A stretch of 64,000 nt of DNA from a bacterium (GCA_024231955.1 JAAEPZ010000249.1:10127-74126), one strand, 5' to 3'. Counted from the stretch's first letter, positions 45,567-56,320 are shown. Notes: generated from the sequence alone by a model not told the origin. A program made the numbers and translations.

Positions 45567-47767
45567 TGAACGGAGAGCTGAACGGGCAGGATCGCTCCGA
45601 GGCGGCGCGCGCACAGTTGGCCGACCTGGTCATGCGGGCCCGCAAACTGTCGCCGCGCATGGATCCGGCCCTGATCGAACAGGCGTTCTGGACCGCGCGG
45701 CAGGCGCACGAGGGGCAGCTGCGACGCTCCGGCGAGCCCTATTTCAACCATGCGCTCGATGTGGCGCTGACCTGCGCCGAACTCAATCTCGGCACCAATG
45801 CCATCGCCGCCGCCCTGCTCCATGATGTCGTGGAGGATACGGCCGTCAGCCTGGAGATCATAAGGCAGGATTTCAACCGCACCGTGGCCGCGCTGGTGGA
45901 TGGCGTGACCAAGATCAGCCACCTCAGGTTCGAGAGCGAAGAGCGGACCCAGGCGACCAACTTCCGCAAGCTGCTCCTGCACATGAGCAAGGATATCCGT
46001 ATCCTGCTGATCAAACTGGCCGACCGCCTGCACAACATGAATACCCTGGAATATATGCCGCGGGAGAAGCAGATCCGGATCGCCAGGGAGACCCTGGATA
46101 TCTATGCGCCGTTGGCCAACCGTCTGGGGATCGGCCGGATCAAGTGGCGGCTGGAGGACCTTTGCTTCAAGTACCTGGAGCAGGAGAGCTACGCCGAGGT
46201 GGCGCGAAGTCTGGGAATGCGCCGCACTGAGCGGGACGATTTCATCAAAAACATGCGCAGCCAGATCCAGACGGCGATGAGCAGTAATGGTGTCGAGTGC
46301 ACGGTATACGGGCGGGCAAAGCACATCTACAGCGTGTTTCACAAGATGCAGGACCAGCAACTCGACGCCGACGAGATCTTCGATCTGCTCGCCTTCCGGA
46401 TCATCACCGATTCGGTGGCCGATTGCTACCATGTGCTCGGCGTGATCCACACCCTGTTCAAGCCGCTGCCCCAGCGGTTCAAGGATTACATAGCCACTCC
46501 GAAACGGAATGGCTATCAAAGCCTGCACTCCGTGGTCATAGCCGATGAGGGGACGGTGTTCGAAGTGCAGATCCGCACCTTACGCATGCATGAGATTGCG
46601 GAGCTGGGTGTCGCCGCCCACTGGCGCTACAAGGATATACAGGATAGCGACCGTACGCTGGAGAATGAGCAGTCGGGACGGGAGTTGAACTTCCTCAGGA
46701 ATTTTCTGGAGGAGCTGAAGGAGGGGGAGTGGAGCGACGACCCCTCCGAATTCATGGCCCACCTGAAAATCGAGCTGTTCCAGGATGGCATCTTCGTCTT
46801 CACCCCCAATGGCGACCTGCACAGTCTGCCCATCGGGGCGACGGCGCTGGACTTCGCCTACGCGATCCATACCGAGGTGGGGGACCGTTGTGCCGGTGCG
46901 CGCGTCGATAACCGGATCGTACCGCTCCGGCGTGAGCTGCAGAGTGGCGATGTGGTGGAGATCATCACCAGGAAGGATGCCCATCCCAGTCGGGACTGGC
47001 TCAATGTCGTCAAGACCAGCAAGGCGGCGGCCCGGATCAAACGTCGGCTGCGGGAGCGGGAGCTGGAGCAGTCTCTGACCCTCGGCAGGGAGTTGCTGGA
47101 GCGGGAATTCCGGAAGCACCATGAGAGCGCCCCCGGCAATGAGGCTCTGGAGGCGGTGGCCGAATCTCTGGGCGTGGAGAGCCTGGAGCGGGTGATCGAA
47201 GGTGTCGGACGGGGGAATATCTCGGCGGCGCAGGTTTTCAACCGGATGCATCCGACCGAGGTGGAGGTCCCATTCACCCTGATCGAGGAGGGGATACCGC
47301 AGGCGACCGCACCGGGAGTTACCGACAGGGGCGTACGGGTCGAGGGGCACGGCAACATGATGATCCGGTTCGCCGGTTGCTGCCGCCCTCTGCCGGGGGA
47401 CGCCATTGTCGGAGTCGTGACTCGCGGGCGGGGGATCAGTATTCATCGGAGCGATTGCGTCAACGTCATCGGCAATGAACTGCTTGAGGAGCGGCTGGTA
47501 TCGGTGGAATGGGATGCCGGGGAGATGGAGCGGTTCCGGGCCCGGCTGCTGGTCAGCGCCGGTGACAGGGGCAACCTGCTGGCGGATATCACCGGGCAGA
47601 TCTCCAAGACCGGCACCAACATCGTGGCCGGCAGCTTCGAGCGGGATGAAAAGGAGCTGATGCACCGGTTCTACTTCACACTCGAATTGAAGGACCTCAG
47701 CCAACTCGACCTGGTGATCCGGAATGTCAGGAAGGTGCGGGGCGTGCAGGATGTCAGGCGCGGCTGA
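45563..47767 (+). CDS. relA: bifunctional (p)ppGpp synthetase/hydrolase (RSH, RelA/SpoT family)
   Basis: ATGA overlap with recJ. HD domain (HDVVEDT), synthetase motifs (YIATPKRNGYQSLHSVV, EVQIRTLRMHEIAELGVAAHW), plus TGS and ACT domains. Confidence 0.95.
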   Translation: MMNGELNGQDRSEAARAQLADLVMRARKLSPRMDPALIEQAFWTARQAHEGQLRRSGEPYFNHALDVALTCAELNLGTNAIAAALLHDVVEDTAVSLEIIRQDFNRTVAALVDGVTKISHLRFESEERTQATNFRKLLLHMSKDIRILLIKLADRLHNMNTLEYMPREKQIRIARETLDIYAPLANRLGIGRIKWRLEDLCFKYLEQESYAEVARSLGMRRTERDDFIKNMRSQIQTAMSSNGVECTVYGRAKHIYSVFHKMQDQQLDADEIFDLLAFRIITDSVADCYHVLGVIHTLFKPLPQRFKDYIATPKRNGYQSLHSVVIADEGTVFEVQIRTLRMHEIAELGVAAHWRYKDIQDSDRTLENEQSGRELNFLRNFLEELKEGEWSDDPSEFMAHLKIELFQDGIFVFTPNGDLHSLPIGATALDFAYAIHTEVGDRCAGARVDNRIVPLRRELQSGDVVEIITRKDAHPSRDWLNVVKTSKAAARIKRRLRERELEQSLTLGRELLEREFRKHHESAPGNEALEAVAESLGVESLERVIEGVGRGNISAAQVFNRMHPTEVEVPFTLIEEGIPQATAPGVTDRGVRVEGHGNMMIRFAGCCRPLPGDAIVGVVTRGRGISIHRSDCVNVIGNELLEERLVSVEWDAGEMERFRARLLVSAGDRGNLLADITGQISKTGTNIVAGSFERDEKELMHRFYFTLELKDLSQLDLVIRNVRKVRGVQDVRRG

Positions 47768-47910
47768 GGCCCGGTTTCGCTGACCCGCGATCAGGCGGCA
47801 CGTAGGCCGGGCCCGATACAGTACCGGATTGCCCCGGAGTCGAGGGGGTTCGGAGGCAGGTTTGATGAGGTCGAGGACCAGACGGCCGGATGGCTGGAGA
47901 GGGATGTCGT

Positions 47911-48378
47911 ATGAGAGTGGTTTTGCAGAGAGTGTCGGAGGCGCGGGTAGCCGTCGAGGGTGAGGTCGTCGGTGAGATCGGACAGGGACTTCTGCTGCTG
48001 TGCGCCTTCCAACCCGGGGATGATCAGGAGGTGCTGGAATGGATGGCCGCGCGCTGTGCCGGGTTGAGGGTCTTCCGGGACGAAGAGGACAAGATGAACC
48101 TCTCGGTCCGGGATGTGGGGGGCGAAATACTGGTTGTCAGCCAGTTCACCCTCTACGGCGACTGTCGCAAGGGGCGTCGTCCCAGTTTTGTCGGCTCCGC
48201 GTCCGCCGGGCAGGCGAATGACCTGTACGAGTGTTTCTTGGCGACGCTGGCTGCGGAGGGTGTCCCGGTTCTGAGCGGAGTTTTCCAGGCCATGATGGAG
48301 GTCGAATTGATCAACGACGGTCCCGTAACGCTGGTCATAGACCGGGAGGCCGCAGGTGCCCCGGCTGTGGAGAGGTGA
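47911..48378 (+). CDS. dtd: D-aminoacyl-tRNA deacylase
   Basis: MRVVLQRVSEARVAVEGEVVGEIGQGLLLL...VSQFTLYGDCRKGRRPSF...NDGPVTL. Confidence 0.93.
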   Translation: MRVVLQRVSEARVAVEGEVVGEIGQGLLLLCAFQPGDDQEVLEWMAARCAGLRVFRDEEDKMNLSVRDVGGEILVVSQFTLYGDCRKGRRPSFVGSASAGQANDLYECFLATLAAEGVPVLSGVFQAMMEVELINDGPVTLVIDREAAGAPAVER

Positions 48379-48380
48379 GC

Positions 48381-48971
48381 ATGAATCCGATATTGCCCCC
48401 TGCGGCGCAGAGCAGACTGATCCTGGCTTCGGCCAGCCCCCGGCGGCGGGAGTTGCTCGCCGGACTCGGCTTCGAATTCGAAAGCGTGATCAGCCCCTAT
48501 GAAGAGGTGAACAAGTCCGGTGAGGATCCCGTTGAGGCCGTGCGCCGCCACGCTCTGGGAAAGGCTCGGGCGGTGGCTGCGGAGAATCCCGGCACTGTGG
48601 TGATCGGGGCGGATACGATCGTGCTCCGGGATCTGCTGCTGGGTAAACCTGCCGACATGGATGACGCGCGCAGGATGTTGCAGAGATTGTCGGGGCGGGA
48701 CCATGAGGTGATCACGGCGGTGGCGTTGGTTCGCGACGACAGCGAACTGCTGGACATGAGCCGCACCCGAGTGACCTTCCGCGATCTGACCTCCGTTGAG
48801 GTCGAGTCCTATCTGGCCACCGACGAACCGTGGGACAAAGCCGGCGCCTATGGTATTCAGGGGTACGCCGGCCAATTCATCACCGGGATCTCGGGATGTT
48901 ACTTTAACGTGATGGGTCTGCCGCTCGAGCTGCTCACCCGTCTGCTGGCGGATTTCGAGAAGATGGCCTAA
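48381..48971 (+). CDS. maf: Maf-like nucleoside triphosphate pyrophosphatase
   Basis: LILASASPRRRELL, GADTIV, and DKAGAYGIQG...GCYFNVMGLP. Confidence 0.92.
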   Translation: MNPILPPAAQSRLILASASPRRRELLAGLGFEFESVISPYEEVNKSGEDPVEAVRRHALGKARAVAAENPGTVVIGADTIVLRDLLLGKPADMDDARRMLQRLSGRDHEVITAVALVRDDSELLDMSRTRVTFRDLTSVEVESYLATDEPWDKAGAYGIQGYAGQFITGISGCYFNVMGLPLELLTRLLADFEKMA

Positions 48972-49009
48972 ATTCCCGCAGCGACTTATTACGAACACGC
49001 CGCAGCCGG

Positions 49010-49038
49010 TTGACTGGCCCGCCTGCAGGTGATAGGTT
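49010..49038 (+). promoter_or_regulatory. putative promoter of the outer-membrane cluster
   Basis: TTGACT-N17-TAGGTT, about 85 nt upstream of ATG 49123. Confidence 0.3.
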
Positions 49039-49122
49039 GGCAGGTCGCGACCCAACAGGGGTTCGTGTGGAGAGGGCCTATCTGAACGCTTTCGCAATAC
49101 TCCGGTGCGAGGAAAAGGGAAA

Positions 49123-52011
49123 ATGTTGGCATCCCCGCGTTTACATCAACTGACAATCAATGAATCAGTGCGTCTTGGCGGACGGATTATTCCGTTTTTG
49201 GCGGTTCTGATGCTGATGCTCCTGCACGCATCGTCGCCCGTCCTGGCGCAATCCTCCGGTGCCACCATCTCCGGAACCATGTACGACAGAGTCACCGGGG
49301 AGACGCTTCCCTACGGCAATGTCGTCCTGGTGGGGACATCGTGGGGCGGCATGAGCCTGGATGACGGCACCTTCCTGATCACCGATATCCCGCCGGGGAC
49401 CTACACGATCCGCGCCACCTATATGGGATACAAAATCGCGGAGAAAGTGAGTCTGCGCCTACGCAACGGCACGCTCGTCGAGCTGACGTTCCGACTCGAA
49501 CCATCGATTATCCAGTCCGAAGCGGTGACCGTCTACGGCGAGCGACCGCTGGTGGATGTCTCCGAGGCGAGCAGCACCAAGTCCCTGGCCGCTGACGACA
49601 TCGCCCGCATGCCGGTCGAGAATGTCGAAGAGGTGCTGGTCACCCAGCCCGGAGTGGTGGAGCAGGACAACGAGATCCATATCCGCGGCAGCCGCGCCAA
49701 CGAGACCCTGATCCTGGTCGACGGCGTGCCCATGTCCGACGCCCTGGCCGGCACGAGCAGCGCCAAGGGGATCGATTCCAAGTCGGTCGCCAAGATGGAT
49801 ATGATCACCGGCGGCTGGCGCGCCGAATACGGCAATGCGATGGGGGGCGTCATCAATGTGACCCTGAAGGAGGGGAGCGAGACGTTCAGCGGTTTCACCC
49901 AGTACGGCGTCGACCATCTGCCCGGTGTGGAGACGGACTGGGAGCACTACTACACCGATTCCTGGAAGATACAGTGCAGCGGTCCGATGCCGGGCAGCGG
50001 CACCTGGTTCCCGGGTGAGTACCTGAGCTTCTTCGGCAACCTGTCCGTCGAGACTATGAATACCCGCTTCCCCTCAATCTCCGGTATGCCCGCGGGGGGG
50101 GAGGATCTCAACGTCCGGTACGAGGACAGTTTCCTGGGCATCCCCATCACCTGGTCCAGCCCCAACGTGGCGCCCAGGCAGAACAACGCCCTCAACATGA
50201 CTGCCAAGTGGGCCTGGAAACTCAATCAGGACCACAAGTTCACCTTGACGATGACCAAGTACCTGTCGATCGATCAGGGCTTCGAGCGGCATGACATCAG
50301 CGATCTCACACGACAGAGTAATCGCTATCCCTACCAGTGGTCCAAATACCTGGATCATTACAGCGCATTTATCGAGGATCGCAACACCACCGTTCTCAAG
50401 TATCGCCAGACGCTGGCGGGCGACATGTTCTACGAGGTGTTGCTCTCCCGCTTCTACTCCCGGATTCATCAGGATTCGCAGGGTGAGTACGTGGACGACT
50501 TCAAGTCCTATCTGGCGCAATACCAGCCGGAGGCGCTGGACTGGCCCGATCCCTACCAGCAGGAGGAGTGGCTCTTCCACCCCTATTTCTATCTCAACGG
50601 GGATCACAATCAGTATCGCGACCGTTTTTCCGAGCGCTATTCGCTGCAGTGGGATCTGAGCAAGAACTGGTATCCGCATCACCACGCCAAGACCGGTTTC
50701 GTCATCAACTACGAAACGATTCAGAACATCGAGATTAAAGATCCCTGGGTCTCGCGTCCCGACAGTCTGGGCCGCAAGGATATTTTCCGCACCAATCCGA
50801 CGACCTTCGCAGCCTACGTGCAGGATGACATCGAGTATAAGGGTTTGATCACAAACATCGGTCTGCGCGCCGATGTCTGGTTCCCCGGCAGCCTGGCCGA
50901 GCGGACGGCCAATTCCGCCGTCGCCGGCGAGTTGGGGGATATCATCAGTCCAACCGTGGGACAGAGATATCTGGACGAGACGCACATGGTGTTCGGCAAC
51001 CGCTGCAAGTACACGTTGAGCCCGCGTATTGCGATCAGCTTCCCGGTCACCGACCGCGACAACCTGTTCTTCAATTACGGCCACTTCAACCAGTGGCCGA
51101 CCTACTACTATGTCTACACGCATGTCGCCAGCGGCGTGGAGGACCTCTTCGGCAACCTGGGGAACATCAACCTCGATCCGAAGATCACGATCCAGTATGA
51201 ACTGGGCGCGGCGCACACCTTCACCGACAATCTGGCGGGCAACGTGACGGTCTTCGTGAAGGACATCTTCAACTATCCCACCAGCCAGAAGATGATCTAC
51301 CAGTACTACGATCCGATCGAGGGGAGCCAGGAGGGAACCTACTTCCTCTATCGCAACAGCGACTACTCCCGCAGCCGCGGTGTCGAACTCAGTATGCGCA
51401 AACGGCGGGGACGCTTTCTCTCCGGCGGCCTGAGCTACACCTACTCCATCGCCACGGGCAAGAGCAGTGATCCCAACGCGCAACGTGAGGATTACATCGG
51501 CGGTTCGACCGGCGAAGTGGAACTTGAGGAGGGGTACCTCAACTGGAATCGGCCCCACCGGATGACCGCCACCCTGGATTTCCGCGTGCGCGATACGGTC
51601 GGCCCCACGATCCTGGGCATTCAGTTGCCCGGTTGCTGGGGATTCAATACCTATTTCAGCCGCTCCAGCGGGCGGGCCTATACGCCTCAGAATGCCGCGG
51701 GTGTCGAGACCAGCGAGAGCTACTCCAAAAACGGGCCGTCGGAGCAGAACCTCAATTTCAAGCTCAACAAGTGGATCAACTGGGGCAACTACCGTGTGGA
51801 GTTCACGCTTCAGGGCTGGAACGTCTTCAACTGGCATCAGCCCAAGTCCATAGATCCCGTTACCGGCAAGGCCTATCGTGACGGTTACGGCAGTTACAGC
51901 AATATCTTGACCAACCCGGACTCCAAGTTGAGTCGCTACCTGGGGCTGATGGATCCATCGCGCAACGGCAACCCGCGACGACTCAAGTTCAGCGTGGGGG
52001 TGAACTTCTGA
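49123..52011 (+). CDS. TonB-dependent receptor-like outer-membrane barrel with N-terminal carboxypeptidase-regulatory-like domain
   Basis: Signal peptide, then a CarboxypepD_reg-like domain (ISGTMYDRVTGETLPYGNVVLVG...GTYTIRATYMGYK). The plug has VTVYGERPLVD...IARMPVENVEEVLVTQPGV...IHIRGSRANETLILVDGVPM. A long barrel ends in ...KFSVGVNF. GTG 49105 is an alternative start. Confidence 0.85.
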   Translation: MLASPRLHQLTINESVRLGGRIIPFLAVLMLMLLHASSPVLAQSSGATISGTMYDRVTGETLPYGNVVLVGTSWGGMSLDDGTFLITDIPPGTYTIRATYMGYKIAEKVSLRLRNGTLVELTFRLEPSIIQSEAVTVYGERPLVDVSEASSTKSLAADDIARMPVENVEEVLVTQPGVVEQDNEIHIRGSRANETLILVDGVPMSDALAGTSSAKGIDSKSVAKMDMITGGWRAEYGNAMGGVINVTLKEGSETFSGFTQYGVDHLPGVETDWEHYYTDSWKIQCSGPMPGSGTWFPGEYLSFFGNLSVETMNTRFPSISGMPAGGEDLNVRYEDSFLGIPITWSSPNVAPRQNNALNMTAKWAWKLNQDHKFTLTMTKYLSIDQGFERHDISDLTRQSNRYPYQWSKYLDHYSAFIEDRNTTVLKYRQTLAGDMFYEVLLSRFYSRIHQDSQGEYVDDFKSYLAQYQPEALDWPDPYQQEEWLFHPYFYLNGDHNQYRDRFSERYSLQWDLSKNWYPHHHAKTGFVINYETIQNIEIKDPWVSRPDSLGRKDIFRTNPTTFAAYVQDDIEYKGLITNIGLRADVWFPGSLAERTANSAVAGELGDIISPTVGQRYLDETHMVFGNRCKYTLSPRIAISFPVTDRDNLFFNYGHFNQWPTYYYVYTHVASGVEDLFGNLGNINLDPKITIQYELGAAHTFTDNLAGNVTVFVKDIFNYPTSQKMIYQYYDPIEGSQEGTYFLYRNSDYSRSRGVELSMRKRRGRFLSGGLSYTYSIATGKSSDPNAQREDYIGGSTGEVELEEGYLNWNRPHRMTATLDFRVRDTVGPTILGIQLPGCWGFNTYFSRSSGRAYTPQNAAGVETSESYSKNGPSEQNLNFKLNKWINWGNYRVEFTLQGWNVFNWHQPKSIDPVTGKAYRDGYGSYSNILTNPDSKLSRYLGLMDPSRNGNPRRLKFSVGVNF

Positions 52012-53003
52012 TGATGAAACGCATGCTCATCCCGATGCTCTGCCTGCTGCTTCTGACCTCTACCGCATCCGCCAACAGTGAACTAGGCGGACTGCGAGTG
52101 GCAACGAGCAGCGGTACGTTCCTGAAGATCGGCATCAGCCCCCGAGGCGAGGCCATGGGTGGCGCCTGGACGTCAATCGCCTCCGACGCCACTGCCGCCT
52201 GGTACAATCCGGCCGGTCTGGCTCAACTCGGGACGGGACAGGTCTTTGCCGGTTACACTGCCTGGCCTGCCGATATCCGCTATACCAATCTGGTGGTCGC
52301 GGTGCCGTCGTCCTTGCTCCACGGCACGATCGCGGTTCAGGTTGGCAATCTGTTCACGACGATGGATGAGACCGATGAATATCATCCCTACGGCACGGGC
52401 CGCTCCTTCACCTATTCGGATCTGGTGCTGGGGGTGTCCTACGCGCGATCGATGACCGCCCAGCTCCAGGTGGGGGGGACGGTCAAATACGTGCGGGAGG
52501 ATTTCGGCTCCTCCATCGGCGGCCCCGTGACCAACTCACTGGTGATCGATGTCGGTACCCTCTATCATCTGGCTTTCGCGAACATGCGCATCGGCATGTG
52601 CATCCAGAATTTCGGGTCCGAGCTCACCCCATCCGGCAGCTATTGGAACCACGTCGAGGAGAAAAATGAGGAGTTCGAGGGCTTCCCGCCCCCGTCCAAC
52701 TTCAAGCTGGGGCTCGCCTACGAGCTCTGGCTCAGCTACCCCTGGTTGCTGACCCAGTCAGTGGAGATGAACCATCTCTCGGATAACCGGGAGACGCTGA
52801 CCTCCGGTCTGGAGATGCTCTACGGCGGCGGCTTGCTGGCTTTCCGGGCGGGCTACAACCTCCTCTCCGACGAAATGGGACTGTCGGCCGGTTTCGGGGC
52901 CAACTTCCTGGTCGGGACCGCCCTGGCGGGCCTGGACTACTCATTCACCGACGGCAATTCCCTGGGGGCCATTCACCGTTGGGCCTTCCGGGTCGATTTC
53001 TAA
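52011..53003 (+). CDS. PorV/PorQ-family outer-membrane beta-barrel protein (T9SS-associated family)
   Basis: TGATG overlap with the receptor gene. Signal peptide, then GTFLKIGISPRGEAMGGAWTSIASDATAAWYNPAGLAQL, matching the F-L-x-I-x-x-x-A-R-x-x-x-(M/L)-G-G-A...NPAGL signature of PorV/PorQ. Confidence 0.65.
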   Translation: MMKRMLIPMLCLLLLTSTASANSELGGLRVATSSGTFLKIGISPRGEAMGGAWTSIASDATAAWYNPAGLAQLGTGQVFAGYTAWPADIRYTNLVVAVPSSLLHGTIAVQVGNLFTTMDETDEYHPYGTGRSFTYSDLVLGVSYARSMTAQLQVGGTVKYVREDFGSSIGGPVTNSLVIDVGTLYHLAFANMRIGMCIQNFGSELTPSGSYWNHVEEKNEEFEGFPPPSNFKLGLAYELWLSYPWLLTQSVEMNHLSDNRETLTSGLEMLYGGGLLAFRAGYNLLSDEMGLSAGFGANFLVGTALAGLDYSFTDGNSLGAIHRWAFRVDF

Positions 53004-53974
53004 TGCAGGACGGGTACGGCATGCGCGGATTAGTCAAGGCTCTGTTGCCCTTTGCTCTGCTGGCCTTGGCCTGCGGCATCAAGACGGAACTGCCGAGCCA
53101 GATTCCCAACACCGAGCCGCTGGGTGACGAGGGGTATGCGGCCAACTATCGTTGGAACATCGATGGGATCACCAGCATGATGTTCCACAGGAGCGGGAAC
53201 ATCTTCACGGCGATTCAGCACGAAGACAGCCTGAGCATCTACCCCTCCTATCAGAAGACGTTTGACGTCAAGCCGATCAACAAGCGGATCTTCGTGGGTC
53301 TGGGTACGCCGCTCCTTCTCGCGGATGGTTATTCCGGGCACCATCGTCTGTGGGTTCTTGACGATGCCGACGGCTATATCAAGGGTTATCACGGGCGGGA
53401 CATCTTCGCAGACGAACTCGAGATCGAGATTCAGTTCACCGATCCGAACTGGCAGGATATCGTCGGCATCGCGGCCGACAGCCACGGGCGGATATTCGTG
53501 GCCGACAATGCCGCCAACACGGTGTATCACTACCTGCTCGAAGACGATGCCATCACCCTGCAGGGGGAGTTGACGTGGGGCGCTCAGGTCAGCTCCAGTA
53601 TTCGGGATGTGGATGTCGCCGGTGATTACGTAGTGCTCCTGGTCGAGGGCAGTTGGGCGGTTCGCCGCTTCCTCCTCGTTGGTGATGAGTTCGTGGAGGA
53701 GGACTATGTCGGCACCCAGAGAGAATTCACGGATCCGATCGCGATGGTCGGTCGCCCGGGCGTCTGCTTCGTTGTGGACCAGGGGGACTCTTCGGTCTGG
53801 GAACTCGATCTGGAGGACCTGAACAATCCCGAGGGGGGTGTCCTGGTGGCGGCCGCCGCAGCGGACACCACGATTATCCTCCCCAGCGCCATCGCCGTGA
53901 ACAATGACAAGGTCTATATCGCTGATTCCGTGCTTGAGAGAGTGGTCGATTATGAAAAACGTCAGAGTCCCTAG
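53003..53974 (+). CDS. lipoprotein with NHL-like beta-propeller repeats
   Basis: TAATG overlap; ATG 53021 is an alternative start. Lipobox LLALAC. Repeated blades of the type GRIFVADNAANTVYHY, VCFVVDQGDSSVWELD and DKVYIADSVLERVVDY. Confidence 0.65.
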   Translation: MQDGYGMRGLVKALLPFALLALACGIKTELPSQIPNTEPLGDEGYAANYRWNIDGITSMMFHRSGNIFTAIQHEDSLSIYPSYQKTFDVKPINKRIFVGLGTPLLLADGYSGHHRLWVLDDADGYIKGYHGRDIFADELEIEIQFTDPNWQDIVGIAADSHGRIFVADNAANTVYHYLLEDDAITLQGELTWGAQVSSSIRDVDVAGDYVVLLVEGSWAVRRFLLVGDEFVEEDYVGTQREFTDPIAMVGRPGVCFVVDQGDSSVWELDLEDLNNPEGGVLVAAAAADTTIILPSAIAVNNDKVYIADSVLERVVDYEKRQSP

Positions 53975-56288
53975 CCGTATGCCGCTGAACCGGACCGGTA
54001 CCCCGGCACGCCACCTGAGGGTGGGCGCGACGTTGCTGGCGTTGATCCTCCTGGCCGCCGGCCTGTCGGTGACGGGCAATGCGTCCGGGGCATCGTCTCA
54101 TGATGCCCCCGCCGGTTATGTGCCGCCTGTCCACGAGTCCTACATGACCCTGGCCGACCGTGATCTGCAACTGGACTATACGTTCAAGGTGCAGAACGTC
54201 GGCAACCTGGCTCTGGCTGTGAGCAATCACGGCTTCCTGGGCGACAACTTCGCCCAGCGCGATCCCTCGATGGAGTACCCCAAGGGTTCCGAGGTCGATC
54301 ACATGGTGCGCGCCGGTCTGTGGATCGGCGGTCTCAACACCAACTTCGATACGCTGGTCACGACAGGTGTTCAGGACGGTTACTGGGGCACCTACAACCG
54401 TTCGACCGAGTGGGTCCCGATATCGATCGAGGATGAGGATGTGGATCTGGGGTGGATTCGTGAGCGGAGCACGCTCCCCTCGAGTCCCTATTACGATCCG
54501 CTGAATGCGATCAGCGAGCAGGATTTCGTCACCGGCTTTCTCGACACGCTGGACCACGCCCACACACCCGTTACGGGGAACGCCGATACCTATCACAACG
54601 CCAGTGGCCTCATCGTGACCCAGGAGAGCTACGCCTGGAGTTATGAGCCGGCCGATGCCATGGTCCTGCTCAAGTGGACCATCGTGCCCACCCGGATCAT
54701 CGGCAATACCTATGTCGGCCTCTATGCGGAGCTGACGACCGGCTGGAAGGGGCAGTATCCGGAGTCTTCGGGGTGGCCGCCTTCGAGTGCGAACTGGTTC
54801 CATCACCACTATCTCTACTGGGTGGACGATCTGCCCGACTACGCCGCGATGTCCGATGATCCTCTCAATCTCGTGGCCGAACATCACTATACGTACGGTG
54901 ATGGTCACGCGCCGCAGCATGCCGGCATCAAGTTCCTGGGCGCCAAGTACAAGACGGCGGGGGAGGAGTGGACTGAGGATGTCGGACGTGTCGCCTGGCG
55001 CTGGTGGGCCTGGGAGCCGGGCAGCTATACCATGGACAACGATTCCGAGAAGTATGTGATGCTCAGCAAGGACGGGATCGACGACTGGACCGAGATTACC
55101 CCCTCCGGGGACAACTCCGGGGACAGCCCCATCATGCTCCTGGATCTGGGGCCCTGCAACCTGTTCCCCGGCAGTGCGGAGGAGGCGCCCGATTCGCTGG
55201 TCATCTCCTTCGCCTTCCTCGGCGGCGATGATTTCGACGACCTCGTCGACAACGCCCTCTATGCGCAGCGGGTCTACAACTTCAACTTCACCGTGCCGAC
55301 CCCGCCGCCGTCACCGCAGATCAACTCGAAGATAGATATCCAGGCGGGGCAGGTGCGCTTGCTGTGGGAGGACAGTCCCGAGCACTCCGTTGACGCCGTG
55401 ACCCATGACTACGATTTCGAGGGCTATCGCATCTATGTCGGCCGGAGTGCGGAGGAGTCGTCGTTCGATCTGCTCAAGCAGTTCGACCTGGCGGAGATCC
55501 CAGCCAAGAACCCGATGAACGAGGCCTACTTCACCAACACCTGGCTCACCTACCAGATCGACAACACGCCGGAATACGAGACGGCGCAGGAGGTGCTCGA
55601 CGGCATCTGGGGCGAGGAGGTCTACCGCTATCATGGGGATGCCGTCGAACCGTTCCTGGTGACGCAGGTCGATACGGTCGGATACAACACCGGTATGGAG
55701 GCCATCCTTTTGCCGCCCGAGGAGTGGGTGGTCGAGGTCGTCGAGACGGATACGCTGACCTACAAGTACGCCTACGATCTGGATAATCTCTCCGACGGCC
55801 ACGGTTACTGGGCCGGGGTTACGAGCTATGACCTGGGCAATCCCGAGACGCCGAGCCTGGAGAGCGGCATCAGCCAGAACATGCTCTACGTGATCCCGGG
55901 GCTGAGCGCGGCGCAATCCCGGCAGCGCGATGTGACCGTATTCCCCAACCCCTACCGCGGCAGCGCGAGCTGGGACGGCAACCGGGCGACGGGGCGCTAT
56001 GTCTGGTTCGCCGGATTGCCCCCCCGGGCGGACATCAAGATCTTCACCCTGGCGGGCGACCTCGTGGACGAGATCTCCTTCAACAGGGATACCTACGAGG
56101 CCGGAAATGCCGCCGGTGTCTACCGTGGCCTCGATGGAGAGCTGTCACCCAATCTGTCCGGGACCATGGCGGCCTGGGATCTCCGCAATCACAACGGGCA
56201 ACCGGTCGCCACGGGGCTGTACCTGTTCTCGGTGCGGGACAAAAGTTCAGGGGATACCCAGCAGGGCAAGTTCCTGGTGTTGAAGTAG
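53952..56288 (+). CDS. large secreted protein with FN3-like domain and T9SS-type C-terminal sorting domain
   Basis: Start at MKNVRVPS.. (overlaps the previous gene by 23 nt). Signal peptide, and an FN3-like segment (GQVRLLWEDSP...DFEGYRIYVGR). The tail is VFPNPYRGSASW...IKIFTLAGDLVDEI...GLYLFSVRDKSSGDTQQGKFLVLK. Confidence 0.75.
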   Translation: MKNVRVPSRMPLNRTGTPARHLRVGATLLALILLAAGLSVTGNASGASSHDAPAGYVPPVHESYMTLADRDLQLDYTFKVQNVGNLALAVSNHGFLGDNFAQRDPSMEYPKGSEVDHMVRAGLWIGGLNTNFDTLVTTGVQDGYWGTYNRSTEWVPISIEDEDVDLGWIRERSTLPSSPYYDPLNAISEQDFVTGFLDTLDHAHTPVTGNADTYHNASGLIVTQESYAWSYEPADAMVLLKWTIVPTRIIGNTYVGLYAELTTGWKGQYPESSGWPPSSANWFHHHYLYWVDDLPDYAAMSDDPLNLVAEHHYTYGDGHAPQHAGIKFLGAKYKTAGEEWTEDVGRVAWRWWAWEPGSYTMDNDSEKYVMLSKDGIDDWTEITPSGDNSGDSPIMLLDLGPCNLFPGSAEEAPDSLVISFAFLGGDDFDDLVDNALYAQRVYNFNFTVPTPPPSPQINSKIDIQAGQVRLLWEDSPEHSVDAVTHDYDFEGYRIYVGRSAEESSFDLLKQFDLAEIPAKNPMNEAYFTNTWLTYQIDNTPEYETAQEVLDGIWGEEVYRYHGDAVEPFLVTQVDTVGYNTGMEAILLPPEEWVVEVVETDTLTYKYAYDLDNLSDGHGYWAGVTSYDLGNPETPSLESGISQNMLYVIPGLSAAQSRQRDVTVFPNPYRGSASWDGNRATGRYVWFAGLPPRADIKIFTLAGDLVDEISFNRDTYEAGNAAGVYRGLDGELSPNLSGTMAAWDLRNHNGQPVATGLYLFSVRDKSSGDTQQGKFLVLK

Positions 56289-56320
56289 AGCCACCTCGAT
56301 TCAGGAAGAGCGAGTACGAT

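Noticed and set aside
45521-47704. Two long minus-strand ORFs (335 and 374 aa) inside relA/spoT
   Set aside because: They are antisense to a clearly conserved RSH gene, with no motifs.
48972-49122. Checked for a cobalamin or other riboswitch upstream of the TonB-dependent receptor
   Set aside because: I saw no B12 box (AGYCMGGAGACCKGCC-like) or other riboswitch core. The region is only ~150 nt and holds a promoter-like element.
50074-51837. 587-aa minus-strand ORF inside the TonB-dependent receptor gene
   Set aside because: It is antisense to a gene with signal peptide, plug and barrel features. The translation is repetitive and V/G/D/R-rich without structure.
53030-54920. Minus-strand ORFs of 349 and 348 aa across the NHL lipoprotein and cargo genes
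   Set aside because: The plus-strand frames have signal peptides, lipoboxes, repeats and a CTD. The minus frames have none.
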